Shown here: one piece after another, positions 54,674 to 64,000 of the stretch | Numbering within the stretch: the first letter of the stretch is position 1 | Layout: each line of letters begins with the position of its first letter | Assembly (NCBI GenBank): GCA_963730605.1 | Contig: CAVSSM010000001.1 | Location: forward strand, 608,001 to 672,000 | Origin: an uncultured Chlamydiae bacterium | GTDB taxonomy: Bacteria > Chlamydiota > Chlamydiia > Chlamydiales > SM23-39 | DNA length: 64,000 nucleotides | Reading direction: 5' to 3' | Position numbers and translations under genes: made by a program | The notes under the pieces: generated by a model | Told to the model about the DNA's origin: nothing | The model's database searches: none | Seen by the model: only the letters and a program-made list of their open reading frames with translations

Positions 54674-54936
54674 AAGGGGACTTCCTCTCCGGAAAAGAGG
54701 GCGGTTTTAGGGGTCTGGTCGGGGTTGAGAATCGTAATGCCTTCCGCCCCTTTGGAGATCGCCTCGATCTTTTGTTCGGCAGCTTTTAGGAGCGTTTCGC
54801 AGTGGCGCATGAGTTTTTCCCCTTTTTCAAAAAGGCCGAGCGATTCCTGAAGAGAAAGGGTTCCCGAGTTCATCTTTTCCAAAATGGATTGAAGTTGGTC
54901 GAAGGCCTTCTCGAAGGTAAGATTGTCTGGGTTCAT
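54670..54936 (-). CDS. xseB: Exodeoxyribonuclease VII small subunit
   Basis: TFEKA...L..I, L.ESL..FEKG..L...C...L..AEQKI. Confidence 0.92.
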   Translation of the reverse strand: MNPDNLTFEKAFDQLQSILEKMNSGTLSLQESLGLFEKGEKLMRHCETLLKAAEQKIEAISKGAEGITILNPDQTPKTALFSGEEVPF

Positions 54937-56213
54937 GGGTTCTTTATCTCTTTTGCCACCGCGGTGACATGGCCGTCATGCAGCCTGGCGATGAAGGTTT
55001 GGTTGGGTTGCAAAGACTTGGCTGAAAGGATAATCGAAGAGTCCTTTTCCATGAAGAGGATTGCATATCCTTTTTTGAGAACGTTATTGGGATTTAGAGA
55101 TCGGAGGTGTTCCCAAACCGCGGCAAGCCTTTCTCTTTTTTGGGAGACAATCATCTTGGCGGCGAATGTCATACGCCCTTCCAGAGGAGCGAAGCGATCA
55201 GAGAAATTTTTCACGCGCTCGCGGGGATCGAGCGCCCTTAACGCAAGGCGGGCGGAGTCGAGCTGTTGCATAGGCTGAGAGAGGATCGAAAGAGGAAAGC
55301 GGAAAATTGGGTGGGTCTTAAGCGCAAGGAGCCTTTCTTTTGCGTTGCCGAACTTGTGCCGGATAAATTGCCTGCCCGCTTGGACGGAACTCGAGAGCGC
55401 TTGGAGCAGATTGGCTTGCTCGGCAATCACGATTTCCGCCGCGGCGGAAGGGGTGGGAGCGCGCACATCGGCGACCCAGTCGGCCATCGTAAAGTCGGTC
55501 TCGTGGCCGACCGCCGAAATGACCGGGATTTTTGATTCGAAAATCGCTTTTGCCACGATCTCTTCGTTAAAAGCCCATAGGTCTTCAATGCTCCCGCCCC
55601 CTCTTGCTACGATCATGACATCGACGAGGTTCATCTGGTTGAATTCGGCAATGGCGCGGGCAATCTCCTGTGGGGCTTTATCGCCTTGGACCCGCACTGG
55701 GTTCAAGAGCAAATGAAAATTTGGAAATCGCCTTTTTAGTACATTCAAGATGTCCTTGATGACAGCCCCGGTTGGGCTCGTCACGACCCCGATCCGTTTA
55801 GGAAATTTAGGAAGCGGTTTTTTTTTCTCCGGGTCGAACCAGCCGCGTGAGGCGAGCTCAACTTTCAGCTGATGGAATTTCATAAGCAGCTCCCCCATGC
55901 CGAGGAATTGGAGTTCCCGAACAATGACCTGGTACTGGCCGCGAGGTGCATAAAGGCTAAGCTCGCCGGTTGCGATCACCTGGTCGCCGTCTTTCGGCAT
56001 CCTGGAGAGACGCGCTGCGCTTCCGCGGAAGAGGACGGCCGATACCTGGGCGCCCGCGTCTTTCATGCTAAAATAGAGATGGCCGGAGGATTGCAGCTTG
56101 AAATTGCTGATCTCTCCTTTGACCGAAAGGCCGCGAAAATTTGGCTCGAGGACCATTTTGATTGCGGCAGTCAGTTCGGATACGGTCAAAATTTGCATGA
56201 ACCTATCTTCCAA
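54933..56213 (-). CDS. xseA: Exodeoxyribonuclease VII large subunit
   Basis: GEISNF...SGHLYF, RGGGSIEDLWAFN, SAVGHETD, RAPTPSAAAE. Confidence 0.96.
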   Translation of the reverse strand: MEDRFMQILTVSELTAAIKMVLEPNFRGLSVKGEISNFKLQSSGHLYFSMKDAGAQVSAVLFRGSAARLSRMPKDGDQVIATGELSLYAPRGQYQVIVRELQFLGMGELLMKFHQLKVELASRGWFDPEKKKPLPKFPKRIGVVTSPTGAVIKDILNVLKRRFPNFHLLLNPVRVQGDKAPQEIARAIAEFNQMNLVDVMIVARGGGSIEDLWAFNEEIVAKAIFESKIPVISAVGHETDFTMADWVADVRAPTPSAAAEIVIAEQANLLQALSSSVQAGRQFIRHKFGNAKERLLALKTHPIFRFPLSILSQPMQQLDSARLALRALDPRERVKNFSDRFAPLEGRMTFAAKMIVSQKRERLAAVWEHLRSLNPNNVLKKGYAILFMEKDSSIILSAKSLQPNQTFIARLHDGHVTAVAKEIKNP

Positions 56214-56479
56214 TTCTTAATGATTTATTTATGGTCGATTTTGAGGCGATTTTTCGTCGTCGACCGCCCAAAGTAAATATCGGGACGGTGATCTTTACGA
56301 GGGCGGAGGCGCGAAAAGCGCCCAAAAGCGTGCCGTAAAGGGATCGTGAAGAATTGGAGGATAGGTTCATATAGCCTGGGTGAATTTTCAACCAAGCCGT
56401 TATATAAATGCAATCTTCCTTGCCAATAGCGCCCGCGTCCGTTATTCTAATAGGAGTTTTTGAGTAGGAAAATGTCGCG

Positions 56480-56520
56480 AAAAAGGGGCCTCGTAGTCGC
56501 ATCGACTATGGGGAAAAAAA
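56480..56520. repeat. REP-like unit at the 5' end of tpiA
   Basis: AAAAAGGGGCCTCGTAGTCGCATCGACTATGGGGAAAAA, same family as the menE units. Confidence 0.8.
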
Positions 56521-56527
56521 TCCGACT

Positions 56528-57274
56528 GTGATCGGCAACTGGAAGATGCATAAGACTGCCCGGGAAGCGGTCGATTTCATCGAATCGATCCTCCCCTTGG
56601 TCGAAGGGTGTCAAGTCAATCTTTTCCTTGCCGTCCCGTTTACCTCGATCCAGCCTGCGGCGAGCGCGGCGAGAAATACGCCGATCGTCATCGGCGCCCA
56701 GAATATGCACGATGCGCGGGAAGGGGCCTTCACTGGCGAGATCGCCGGCCTCATGCTCAAAGAGGCGGGAGCTTCGTTTGCGATCTTGGGCCATTCGGAG
56801 CGGCGCACTCTATTTGGCGAAGGGGAAGAGATAGTCCAGAAAAAAGTCATGCGGGCGCTTGCCGACGATTTGACCCCCGTCCTTTGCATTGGAGAGACGC
56901 TCGAGGAGAGGGAATCGGGCAAGACGGAAAAAGTTTTAAAAAGGCAGCTCTCTGCCGTTCACGGGATCGGGAAAGGGGATGCGGGGAAAATCATTCTGGC
57001 TTACGAGCCCGTTTGGGCGATCGGGACAGGAAAGTCGGCCACCGCTGAAACCGCCCAGGCAGCCCATGCTCTGATCCGTTCAGAGCTCGCCCATTTGTTC
57101 GGCAAGCAGACTGCAAACCTCATCCCGATCCTTTACGGCGGATCGGTCAGCCCAGACAACGCCCCTCATTTTATGGCGAAGGGCGATATCGACGGCCTTC
57201 TTGTCGGAGGCGCTGCCCTCGATCCCCTCTCGCTCGCCGCCATCGTCAAACATTCAACCGAGAAAAAAGCATGA
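56528..57274 (+). CDS. tpiA: Triosephosphate isomerase (true start possibly 56472)
   Basis: GNWKM, GAFTGEI, GHSERR, AYEPVWAIGTG, YGGSV. Confidence 0.96.
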   Translation: MIGNWKMHKTAREAVDFIESILPLVEGCQVNLFLAVPFTSIQPAASAARNTPIVIGAQNMHDAREGAFTGEIAGLMLKEAGASFAILGHSERRTLFGEGEEIVQKKVMRALADDLTPVLCIGETLEERESGKTEKVLKRQLSAVHGIGKGDAGKIILAYEPVWAIGTGKSATAETAQAAHALIRSELAHLFGKQTANLIPILYGGSVSPDNAPHFMAKGDIDGLLVGGAALDPLSLAAIVKHSTEKKA

Positions 57275-57576
57275 CCCTTCTATTTTATCTTCTCCTTTTC
57301 CTTTTCCTCTTTGTTTCCGTCATCCTTTGTTTCGTGATCTTGATCCAAGAAGCGAAGAGCTTAGGGTTGGGGGCCTCCTTCGGCGGCGACACGAGCGATT
57401 CGCTCTTCGGGACATCGACGGCGGAAGTCTTGAAAAGGTTCACGGCCATCCTCTCTGGCGTCTTCCTGATCGGTTGCCTTATCCTCTCCCTTTGGAGCGG
57501 AAGCCTTGGACGAAGGGCGCAAAGCAGCTTTATTCCCATCGAAATCCCGCAGCCAACACCCGTAACTCCTGAATGA
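57271..57576 (+). CDS. secG: Preprotein translocase subunit SecG
   Basis: Two TM helices, ILIQE.K..GLG.SFGG; downstream of tpiA. Confidence 0.88.
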   Translation: MTLLFYLLLFLFLFVSVILCFVILIQEAKSLGLGASFGGDTSDSLFGTSTAEVLKRFTAILSGVFLIGCLILSLWSGSLGRRAQSSFIPIEIPQPTPVTPE

Positions 57577-58106
57577 AACTTCGCCTCCACTACTATGGCG
57601 ATCCCGTCTTGAGGACCAAGGCGAGGATCATCGTTGAAATCACTCCCGAAATCATTCAGCTTAGCTCAGACATGATGGCGTTCATGATCGAGCATAATGG
57701 CGTCGGCCTCGCCGGCCCGCAAGTGGGCAAGCTCCTCCGCATTTATGTTTTCCGCGACGAATGGCTTAATGCGAATGGGCAATATGAGCTAGGGAGCCCC
57801 CAGGTTGCCATCAATCCGGTCCTCTCCTCCCCATCCAAAGAGATGGAATCGATGCTGGAAGGATGCTTATCCCTGCCGAACCTCCACATTAAAGTGAGCC
57901 GCCCGAAGAAGATCCATATTCGCTATCAGAATCTGAAAGGGGAGTTCATTGAACAAGACCTTGAAGGGTTTATCGCCCGCGTCAATATGCATGAAAACGA
58001 CCACCTAAATGGCGTCCTCCATATCGACCGGGCAAGTCCCAAAGACCGCAAGGCGCTCGAATCTGAACTTCAGAAAATCAAACAAAAATATTCCCCATCG
58101 AGCTGA
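57573..58106 (+). CDS. def: Peptide deformylase
   Basis: GVGLAGPQVG, EGCLSLP, HENDHLNG. Confidence 0.96.
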   Translation: MKLRLHYYGDPVLRTKARIIVEITPEIIQLSSDMMAFMIEHNGVGLAGPQVGKLLRIYVFRDEWLNANGQYELGSPQVAINPVLSSPSKEMESMLEGCLSLPNLHIKVSRPKKIHIRYQNLKGEFIEQDLEGFIARVNMHENDHLNGVLHIDRASPKDRKALESELQKIKQKYSPSS

Positions 58107-59128
58107 TGCGCCCAGCAGCGTTGAATACTGGCCTAGAATTTCATGCGCTCGACCATATCGCCCCGCTCGCCGCGGCGCTCCACATGCCGCTGATTACGAC
58201 CGAAGAGCGGAATTTCGAATTAGCCCGGCGCTATTACCCGCAAATCGAAGTTCGGCACATGCCCGATCTAGAATCAAAACTCTCATCTCTCGCTGTTGAG
58301 TTCGATGCCCTTTTCGAGTGTAAATACTGGGCGCCGCATCTCAAATCGCTATTCCAAGAGCTTTATGGGAAAAAGATGCGACTTGTCTTTTGCCCGCATG
58401 GGCAATCGGACAAAGGTTTTATCGCTCCTCTTTTAGCTCCCTATGCAGGACAAGATATCGTTCTTCTCTATGGCGATCTCCACATCCAAATATTGAAAGA
58501 CCTCCAACTCTGGCCAGCGATCTCGAACTATGCGATCATAGGCAACTATCGGCTCCCATTTTATCAAAAATACCAGTCATTTTATGACGCCCTCTTAGAG
58601 AGGGAAGTTCCGGTCGACAAAAAAAATCGAACCCTCCTTTACGCCCCTACCTGGCAAGACGGCGAGGGTGGAAGCTCCTTTTTTCGATATGGGCCAAAGA
58701 TCATTTCCGAGCTGCCCAACGACTGGAACCTGATCGTCAAGGTCCACCCGCTTTTAGAGCAAAGGGATCCGGCCCATTTCTATTCCTGCGCCGTCCAATT
58801 GGAGAAAAAGCCGAATGCGATCCTCATCCATGAATTTCCTCTTGTCTATCCGCTCCTAGCCATTGCGGACGCCTATCTCGGAGACTCTTCGTCTGTCGGC
58901 TATGACTTTCTTTATTTCGAGAGGCCGATCTATTTTCTTCCAACAGGGCGGCCGACAAGGCTCCACTCCTCTGGCCGGGTCATCGATCCGGACAAACCGA
59001 TCTATTCCCAACTCGAGTCCTCCAACCCGTATAGGGAGGAGCAAAGGGCTCTTTACACCTATGCTTTTGGCAAGCCAATCGACGAAGAGACTTTGCGCGC
59101 CCGCATTGAGAGAGTGTCTACAATGTGA
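58106..59128 (+). CDS. CDP-glycerol glycerophosphotransferase-family protein
   Basis: HGQSDK, LYAPTW, VKVHP, D.SSV.YDF. Confidence 0.78.
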   Translation: MRPAALNTGLEFHALDHIAPLAAALHMPLITTEERNFELARRYYPQIEVRHMPDLESKLSSLAVEFDALFECKYWAPHLKSLFQELYGKKMRLVFCPHGQSDKGFIAPLLAPYAGQDIVLLYGDLHIQILKDLQLWPAISNYAIIGNYRLPFYQKYQSFYDALLEREVPVDKKNRTLLYAPTWQDGEGGSSFFRYGPKIISELPNDWNLIVKVHPLLEQRDPAHFYSCAVQLEKKPNAILIHEFPLVYPLLAIADAYLGDSSSVGYDFLYFERPIYFLPTGRPTRLHSSGRVIDPDKPIYSQLESSNPYREEQRALYTYAFGKPIDEETLRARIERVSTM

Positions 59129-59212
59129 GGTTCTGTCGATTTTTCGGTTCTTTTGAGCCGATTTTCGATTCAAGACTTGGGGGGCAATATCGACAACAGT
59201 ACATAGCCCCCA
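59107..59212. mobile_element. Partial family D MITE overlapping the stop codon of 58106-59128
   Basis: TGA|GAGAGTGTCTACAA followed by TTTTCGGTTCTTTTGAGCCGATTTTCGATTCAAGACTTGGGGGGCAATATCGAC. Confidence 0.85.
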
Positions 59213-59234
59213 TATTTTTACTCCCAATATTGTG

Positions 59235-59408
59235 TATAACCTGAGTTTTGGGTTCATTTGTCTATGAGATTCAAGGATATTTCGAGCATATTTTTGCGCT
59301 TTGGAGCCGAGAGCAATATCGGGACGAGCATCTTGCCGAGGCGAAAAGTCAAAAAGATGCCGAAAGAAATTGAAGCTCAGGCAAATGAACCCAAAACTCA
59401 GGTGTATA
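59235..59408. mobile_element. TA-flanked MITE-like element
   Basis: IR TATA(C)ACCTGAGTTTTGGGTTCATTTG at both ends. Confidence 0.85.
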
Positions 59409-59482
59409 CTGTTCCCGCTCAAAAAGTGTGAATCTGCTGGCGTCGGGCAGCCACTGAATTTGTGATCCGCCTGTATCGCTAA
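59405..59482. mobile_element. Truncated copy related to 4739-4989
   Basis: TATACTG..CTCAAAAAGTGTGAATCTGCTGGCGTCGGGCAGCCACTGAATTTG. Confidence 0.72.
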
Positions 59483-59484
59483 AA

Positions 59485-60240
59485 TTATAATGAAGCCGTC
59501 CGAATCCTGACAGCGACTTGTTCGTGGAAGGCGTTGTAGGCGATGTACTCTGCCTGGAATCCGTACTTTTCCAAAAATTCCTCAAATGCCTTGAACTCGT
59601 GATTGCGGAAATTCGGGTAGTTGTAGAACTCATCAAATAAAATGATCGTCTTGTCGACCATCTTCGGCCCAAGGAGATCGAGGCCTTGGGCTGCCGATTC
59701 ATAAATATCGCTATCGATGTGGAGGAAGGCGATCGGCTCGTCATGGAGCTCGAGGAACTTTGGCAGCGTTTCAGAAAACCATCCCTGTCTCAATTCGACA
59801 TTGAGCAAAAAAGAAGGAAGGGGCTCTCCTTTTGGCCAAGCAAATAGAGTTCCTGGGATGAGGAGGTCGCCTCGATCCCAGTCAATGGGCAGCCCCTGAT
59901 AGGAGTCGAAGGTGTAGATGGTTTTTCGGGGATTGAGGGCAGCGAGGAAGTTCGTCGTCCTGCCTTTGTATGTGCCCAGCTCGATAAAGAGCCCGTCTAC
60001 TGCGACCTGATCGGATGCGTAGCGAAAGATCTCGGCATCCGATTCAAAGGCTTTTCCTTTGGAGAGCACCGTCTTGACGAATTCGGCCGCATCGGCATTG
60101 GCCAGGAAGTGCCGGTTGCCTGGGTCCGTGTGAAGCACTTGGCTGCCGTCGAGGCCAAAGCCCGACCCGCCAAATAGGGAAAGGGAGCTTTTCATTCCAG
60201 GCGCGCGAGTCCCTTTTGCCGGCTCTTTTCGAACATCCAT
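59485..60240 (-). CDS. Class I SAM-dependent methyltransferase (TylF/MycF-like)
   Basis: IELGTYKG, FDSYQGLP, GWFSETLP, FLHIDSDIYES, ILFDE. Confidence 0.85.
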   Translation of the reverse strand: MDVRKEPAKGTRAPGMKSSLSLFGGSGFGLDGSQVLHTDPGNRHFLANADAAEFVKTVLSKGKAFESDAEIFRYASDQVAVDGLFIELGTYKGRTTNFLAALNPRKTIYTFDSYQGLPIDWDRGDLLIPGTLFAWPKGEPLPSFLLNVELRQGWFSETLPKFLELHDEPIAFLHIDSDIYESAAQGLDLLGPKMVDKTIILFDEFYNYPNFRNHEFKAFEEFLEKYGFQAEYIAYNAFHEQVAVRIRTASL

Positions 60241-60974
60241 CTAAAAAGGATAAGAGAGAGGGTCAGATAAACGACATTGAGAGCCATGCTGATCCAGAAA
60301 TAGGAAAATGGACAGCATCCCGTGGTGAGGATTTGTCTCATCCCTTGGAAAATATAGGTTGTGGGCAGGCACCAAGCAATCGCCCTTGCCCATGCGGGAA
60401 GAACATCGAGCGGATAAAAGACGGCGCTGAAAGGGGCGAAAAGGAAGGCGATCATCCAGGCGAGCATCTCGATCTTATGGCCCCAGTATATGATCGCCGA
60501 GGACGAGAGAAAGCTGATTGTCCATCCGAAAATGATGAGTGAGGCAGCGAAGGGGATAAAGGCCCAGCCGACGGTAAAGACGTTCAAGGAATAGAGGAGA
60601 AAGACGACGACCCCGCCAAAGGCAATCGTAATCATCAATTTGGCCAGGCTCAAAAGGAGCATGCCCGCAATCCATTCAGAAATTTTCAAAGGCGTCGAAA
60701 AGAGGTTGACGAGATTTCTCTGCCAAAATTCTTGCAGCAGGTTGACCGAGATATCGACCGAGCCTCGCCACGCGATCTGCCAGAAAATCAGCCCCGTCAT
60801 CAAAATGAGAGGGAGGTTATTGATTTCGCTTGTCCGTTGGATCCAGACGGAGGTCAGTCCCCAAATCAGAATGTCGACAAAGGGCCAGTAAAAAATATCG
60901 GAGAGTTGGTGAAGCCCTTTTTTTGCGACGTAGAAGTAGCGGCAATAAACGCCCATGATCCTGGACCAGCTCAT
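60192..60974 (-). CDS. ABC-2 type transporter permease
   Basis: Six hydrophobic helices, FYPLDVLP.W...IA..LP.TY. Confidence 0.88.
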   Translation of the reverse strand: MSWSRIMGVYCRYFYVAKKGLHQLSDIFYWPFVDILIWGLTSVWIQRTSEINNLPLILMTGLIFWQIAWRGSVDISVNLLQEFWQRNLVNLFSTPLKISEWIAGMLLLSLAKLMITIAFGGVVVFLLYSLNVFTVGWAFIPFAASLIIFGWTISFLSSSAIIYWGHKIEMLAWMIAFLFAPFSAVFYPLDVLPAWARAIAWCLPTTYIFQGMRQILTTGCCPFSYFWISMALNVVYLTLSLILFRWMFEKSRQKGLARLE

Positions 60975-61894
60975 TGATTTTTCTCCACGATTTTCAGGAA
61001 ATAGGCCTCCAGGGAGGGCTCTTTGATTTGAATGCTTGCGTAAGAAACGCCATCCTGCATGAGCTCGTTGAGAAACGGAGGGATGTCCTTTTCATCGAGG
61101 GAAAGTTCGATCACCCGGTGTTCCAGCTTGTATTGAACCCCTCTTTTTTCGGCCAGCGCGATCGTCCGTTTCATCCCATCGGTGATGGTCAGGCGGAGCT
61201 GATAAGAGGAGACGCTCTTGGCCAGATTCTCCGGAAGGTCGTCGGCAATCACGGATCCGTTTTTCAAAAAAATCGTCCGGTCGCAAAGTTCCGCGACCTC
61301 TTCCATCTTGTGAGAAGTAAAGAGGATCGAAAGCCCTGTTTTTTCCCTCTGCTCCAAAAGAAATTTACAGACGTCGAGCGATACGTCGGGGTCGAGCGAT
61401 GCCGTCGGCTCGTCGAGGAGGGCCACTCTGGGCTCGGTAAAGAACGCTTTCACGAGCATCAGCCGCGTGATTTGACCGGCCGATAGCGAGGAGACGGGCT
61501 TGTCTTTTTTGTCGTAGATGCCAAACCGTTCGAGAAGAGGCGTCGTCTTCGACTCGATGTCGGCAACGCTATAAAATTTGCCGAAGCAGCGGAGATTCTC
61601 CGATATGGTCAAAATGTAGGGAAGACTCGTATAGGTGCTGGCAAACGAGACCTGCTGCATGATCTCGGAGCGGTGGCGGAAGAAATTTTTCCCAAAGTAC
61701 TCGATCTCTCCCGATGTGACTCCCAGGGTGCCGAGCAGCATCTGGATGGTGGTCGTCTTGCCGGAGCCGTTGGGCCCCAGCAACCCAAGAATCTCTCCTT
61801 CTTTCAAATCGAAAGAGATTCCATTGACTGCGATGAAAGGTTTCTTTTTTCCGTAGACCTTCTTGAGGTTCTTTACGGATAATACAGGGGTCAT
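60971..61894 (-). CDS. ABC transporter ATP-binding protein
   Basis: GPNGSGKTT, LSAGQ, LLDEPT, TSH.MEEV. Confidence 0.93.
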   Translation of the reverse strand: MTPVLSVKNLKKVYGKKKPFIAVNGISFDLKEGEILGLLGPNGSGKTTTIQMLLGTLGVTSGEIEYFGKNFFRHRSEIMQQVSFASTYTSLPYILTISENLRCFGKFYSVADIESKTTPLLERFGIYDKKDKPVSSLSAGQITRLMLVKAFFTEPRVALLDEPTASLDPDVSLDVCKFLLEQREKTGLSILFTSHKMEEVAELCDRTIFLKNGSVIADDLPENLAKSVSSYQLRLTITDGMKRTIALAEKRGVQYKLEHRVIELSLDEKDIPPFLNELMQDGVSYASIQIKEPSLEAYFLKIVEKNQ

Positions 61895-61917
61895 AAGGCC
61901 AATATTATATAGGAATG

Positions 61918-64000
61918 TTATTTTCTAATCAAATTAAGTTGCCAAGTAAATCGGTCGTCTTTGTCTGTATGGCGATAGGAAAGACGGAGTTTTAGCGAGG
62001 TGGCGATCCAGGTGAAAAGGTCGAGTTGAAATTCGTTATAGGGATCTTCGGTCGATCGGAGAAACCCGTGATGGGACTGGAAATGGCATTCCCAAAAAGG
62101 GGAGAGACGGACAAAAATGTCGGTGAGGAGGGTCAGCCTCCGGTCGGAAAGAGGCGAGGCGAGAAGGTCGCTTTCCGAACGGGTGACGTCGAGGATGAAA
62201 TTTTCATGGTCCGCTTTGCGCCAGTCGTATTGGGAACGGTAGCGCGCTTCCAGGCTAAGCGCAATATTTTCATTGATCGTCCAACGACACCGGGCGTTCA
62301 TGAAGTCGTCCACATGATTCCGGAAGTTCCATGCGTTATGGAAGGATAGATAGACGGAAGCGAGGCGCCATTCGAGCCAAAGGTAGAGGCGGGGGATGAA
62401 CTGGGGAATGGTTGGGTTGGAAAAAAATGCGTTTGCATAGAGATCGGCCGTAAACCACGGTTCAAACACTTTGCTGACTTTTGTAAAAGTAAGACTGCGG
62501 ACCCCTCCCTGGATCTGGTTGATTTGGTTGTAGCCGTCCATGATCGAAAAGATATAGTGGTCATCGGGCCTGACTGTCGGACGGGTCAGGGCCAAAAACC
62601 CGGCATAAGGTTCGATGACATGCTGATTCTGGGAGTAGGACCTAACTCCTCTTGCGGCGAGGTCGGCCCCATAGACAAGGAGGCCAAGGGCTTTTGAGTT
62701 ATGCGATGCGCTATTGGTATAGAGCGTCCCGATCCCGCCGACGTTCGGGGTGAAGGTGACAGGGCCCCAATGGAAAGGGCGATGGAGCCTTTCCCGGATT
62801 TCAATACGCCCCGAGCGGTAATCCATGGGAGGCTTGAGGGTGGGCGTCGTGGCGAGCTGGTCAGAATAGGCGAAATCGAGGTAGGAGGCCTTTAGGAAGA
62901 GGCTAGACAGGATGCCGGTCGGCCCTAAGGTCATGGGTAGCAGATTGAGATAAAAAGTCGGCAAGTCTTGTTTGATCGACTCGAATGTGTTTAACCTAGG
63001 CCGGGCTTTAAAATTGGCGATGCAAAGCGGCGCCGCATGGTAAGCCCAAAAAAGGGTCTGCTGGGCTGTGCCGATTTCGAAATCTTCGCTCCTAAAATCG
63101 CTTGGCATCCGCACATCGCTATATTTATCCCAAGTCAATGCGGTATTGGTCCTCCCATCCTGGCTGCGCCAGTGATGAGCTCCTTCTAAGCGGAAACGGA
63201 ATTGTTTATTGGGCGCTGTTTCGAGCCGGTCTGTTCCTACATAGCTCCGTGTAACGAAGATGCTTTGCCCGTCCGGAGGGAAATATTCGCTTTCGATGGC
63301 TCCTCCCCAACCGGAGCTCCAACGGTATTCCACTCTTCCGAACAGGGCAAAATCACGCCAAGAATAAAGCTGATAGCGCATCCCGGCCCGCAAACCTTGG
63401 CCTCTATCCCAGTTGAGGAAATACCGGACGATCGGATCGCGGTTGCTTTTTTTCAGGTTCAATTTAAAGGAGGGGAGCCAAAAGGTGGGGATTTTATATA
63501 GGCGAAACGCGATGTTTTTCGCGATGAAAAGATCGGAGCTCTTAGCCTCAATGCGGCTCGCATGAAGGTCCCAATCGCTGTCTTTGTTTTCCGAGGCTGT
63601 AATGGAAGCGTTTTCCACCTCATAGCTGCCGTCGGCGTTCAATTCGATCCTCTCTCCCGAGATATACCAAAGGCTGAAAAACGTTTTTCCTTTGAACACG
63701 ACTCCAGTATTTGTCAGGAAATCGTATTCCAGCCTCTCGCCGACAAACACCCGATCTTTGTACTGGATCATCAAGTCGCCGGACGCTTCGATCCGATGTA
63801 TACTGTACGCGGTTGGCTTTTTAAAATTTGGACGGGCTGCGACTTCGTCAAATCGATCTGCTCCGCGAGAAAAACGGTCCATCCGAGGACCGTTTTTCTC
63901 GATTCCGCAGTCCTCGGAAATATTGCCTTCGGATATTTCCTTCGCCCCGTCCCCAAAAACGATGCGTTGTTTGGGGGCCCCTGGGGAGGTCGGTCGGACC
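61918..64000 (-). CDS. LptD/OstA-like outer membrane protein (5' end beyond the window) with an in-frame family A insert
   Basis: Aromatic-rich beta-barrel-like sequence, YDFLTNTG, IPTFWLP; the frame stays open through the element to position 64000. Confidence 0.7.
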   Translation of the reverse strand, partial: VRPTSPGAPKQRIVFGDGAKEISEGNISEDCGIEKNGPRMDRFSRGADRFDEVAARPNFKKPTAYSIHRIEASGDLMIQYKDRVFVGERLEYDFLTNTGVVFKGKTFFSLWYISGERIELNADGSYEVENASITASENKDSDWDLHASRIEAKSSDLFIAKNIAFRLYKIPTFWLPSFKLNLKKSNRDPIVRYFLNWDRGQGLRAGMRYQLYSWRDFALFGRVEYRWSSGWGGAIESEYFPPDGQSIFVTRSYVGTDRLETAPNKQFRFRLEGAHHWRSQDGRTNTALTWDKYSDVRMPSDFRSEDFEIGTAQQTLFWAYHAAPLCIANFKARPRLNTFESIKQDLPTFYLNLLPMTLGPTGILSSLFLKASYLDFAYSDQLATTPTLKPPMDYRSGRIEIRERLHRPFHWGPVTFTPNVGGIGTLYTNSASHNSKALGLLVYGADLAARGVRSYSQNQHVIEPYAGFLALTRPTVRPDDHYIFSIMDGYNQINQIQGGVRSLTFTKVSKVFEPWFTADLYANAFFSNPTIPQFIPRLYLWLEWRLASVYLSFHNAWNFRNHVDDFMNARCRWTINENIALSLEARYRSQYDWRKADHENFILDVTRSESDLLASPLSDRRLTLLTDIFVRLSPFWECHFQSHHGFLRSTEDPYNEFQLDLFTWIATSLKLRLSYRHTDKDDRFTWQLNLIRK
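63799..64000. mobile_element. Family A MITE, second copy (cut by the window edge)
   Basis: Nearly identical to 27793-27994 (about 4 substitutions); same TA boundary, orientation and frame. Confidence 0.92.

Overview
This window is from a Chlamydiae (environmental chlamydia-like) chromosome. The assignment rests on glgX next to the CT043/Slc1-type T3SS chaperone, dnaA-yidC, mgtE-dciA-gyrB-gyrA-tmk..holB and nadK-dxs-xseB-xseA-tpiA-secG-def. The window holds a complete classical (o-succinylbenzoate) menaquinone cluster, an IS-rich left end (IS630 inside an IS3 remnant, plus IS1634), a 7.7 kb accessory block between tmk and holB, a Gly-rich autotransporter and an ATAD3-like AAA ATPase. The most striking unexplained structure is a large, modular family of short TA-flanked inverted-repeat elements (MITE-like, 160-650 bp) and a related ~30-36 bp REP-like hairpin, several of which sit IN FRAME inside housekeeping genes. 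There is an 83-codon insert after codon 2 of menD and an 89-codon insert near the start of an O-antigen-ligase-like gene, with a near-identical copy inside the lptD-like gene. Hairpin units also occur in menE, nadK and probably tpiA. Removing the element plus one TA restores plausible native N-termini. The system resembles Rickettsia palindromic elements, but here the inserts keep terminal inverted repeats and TA duplications and share shuffled internal modules. Frameshifts in gyrB/gyrA, yidC and menF look like sequencing or consensus indels.
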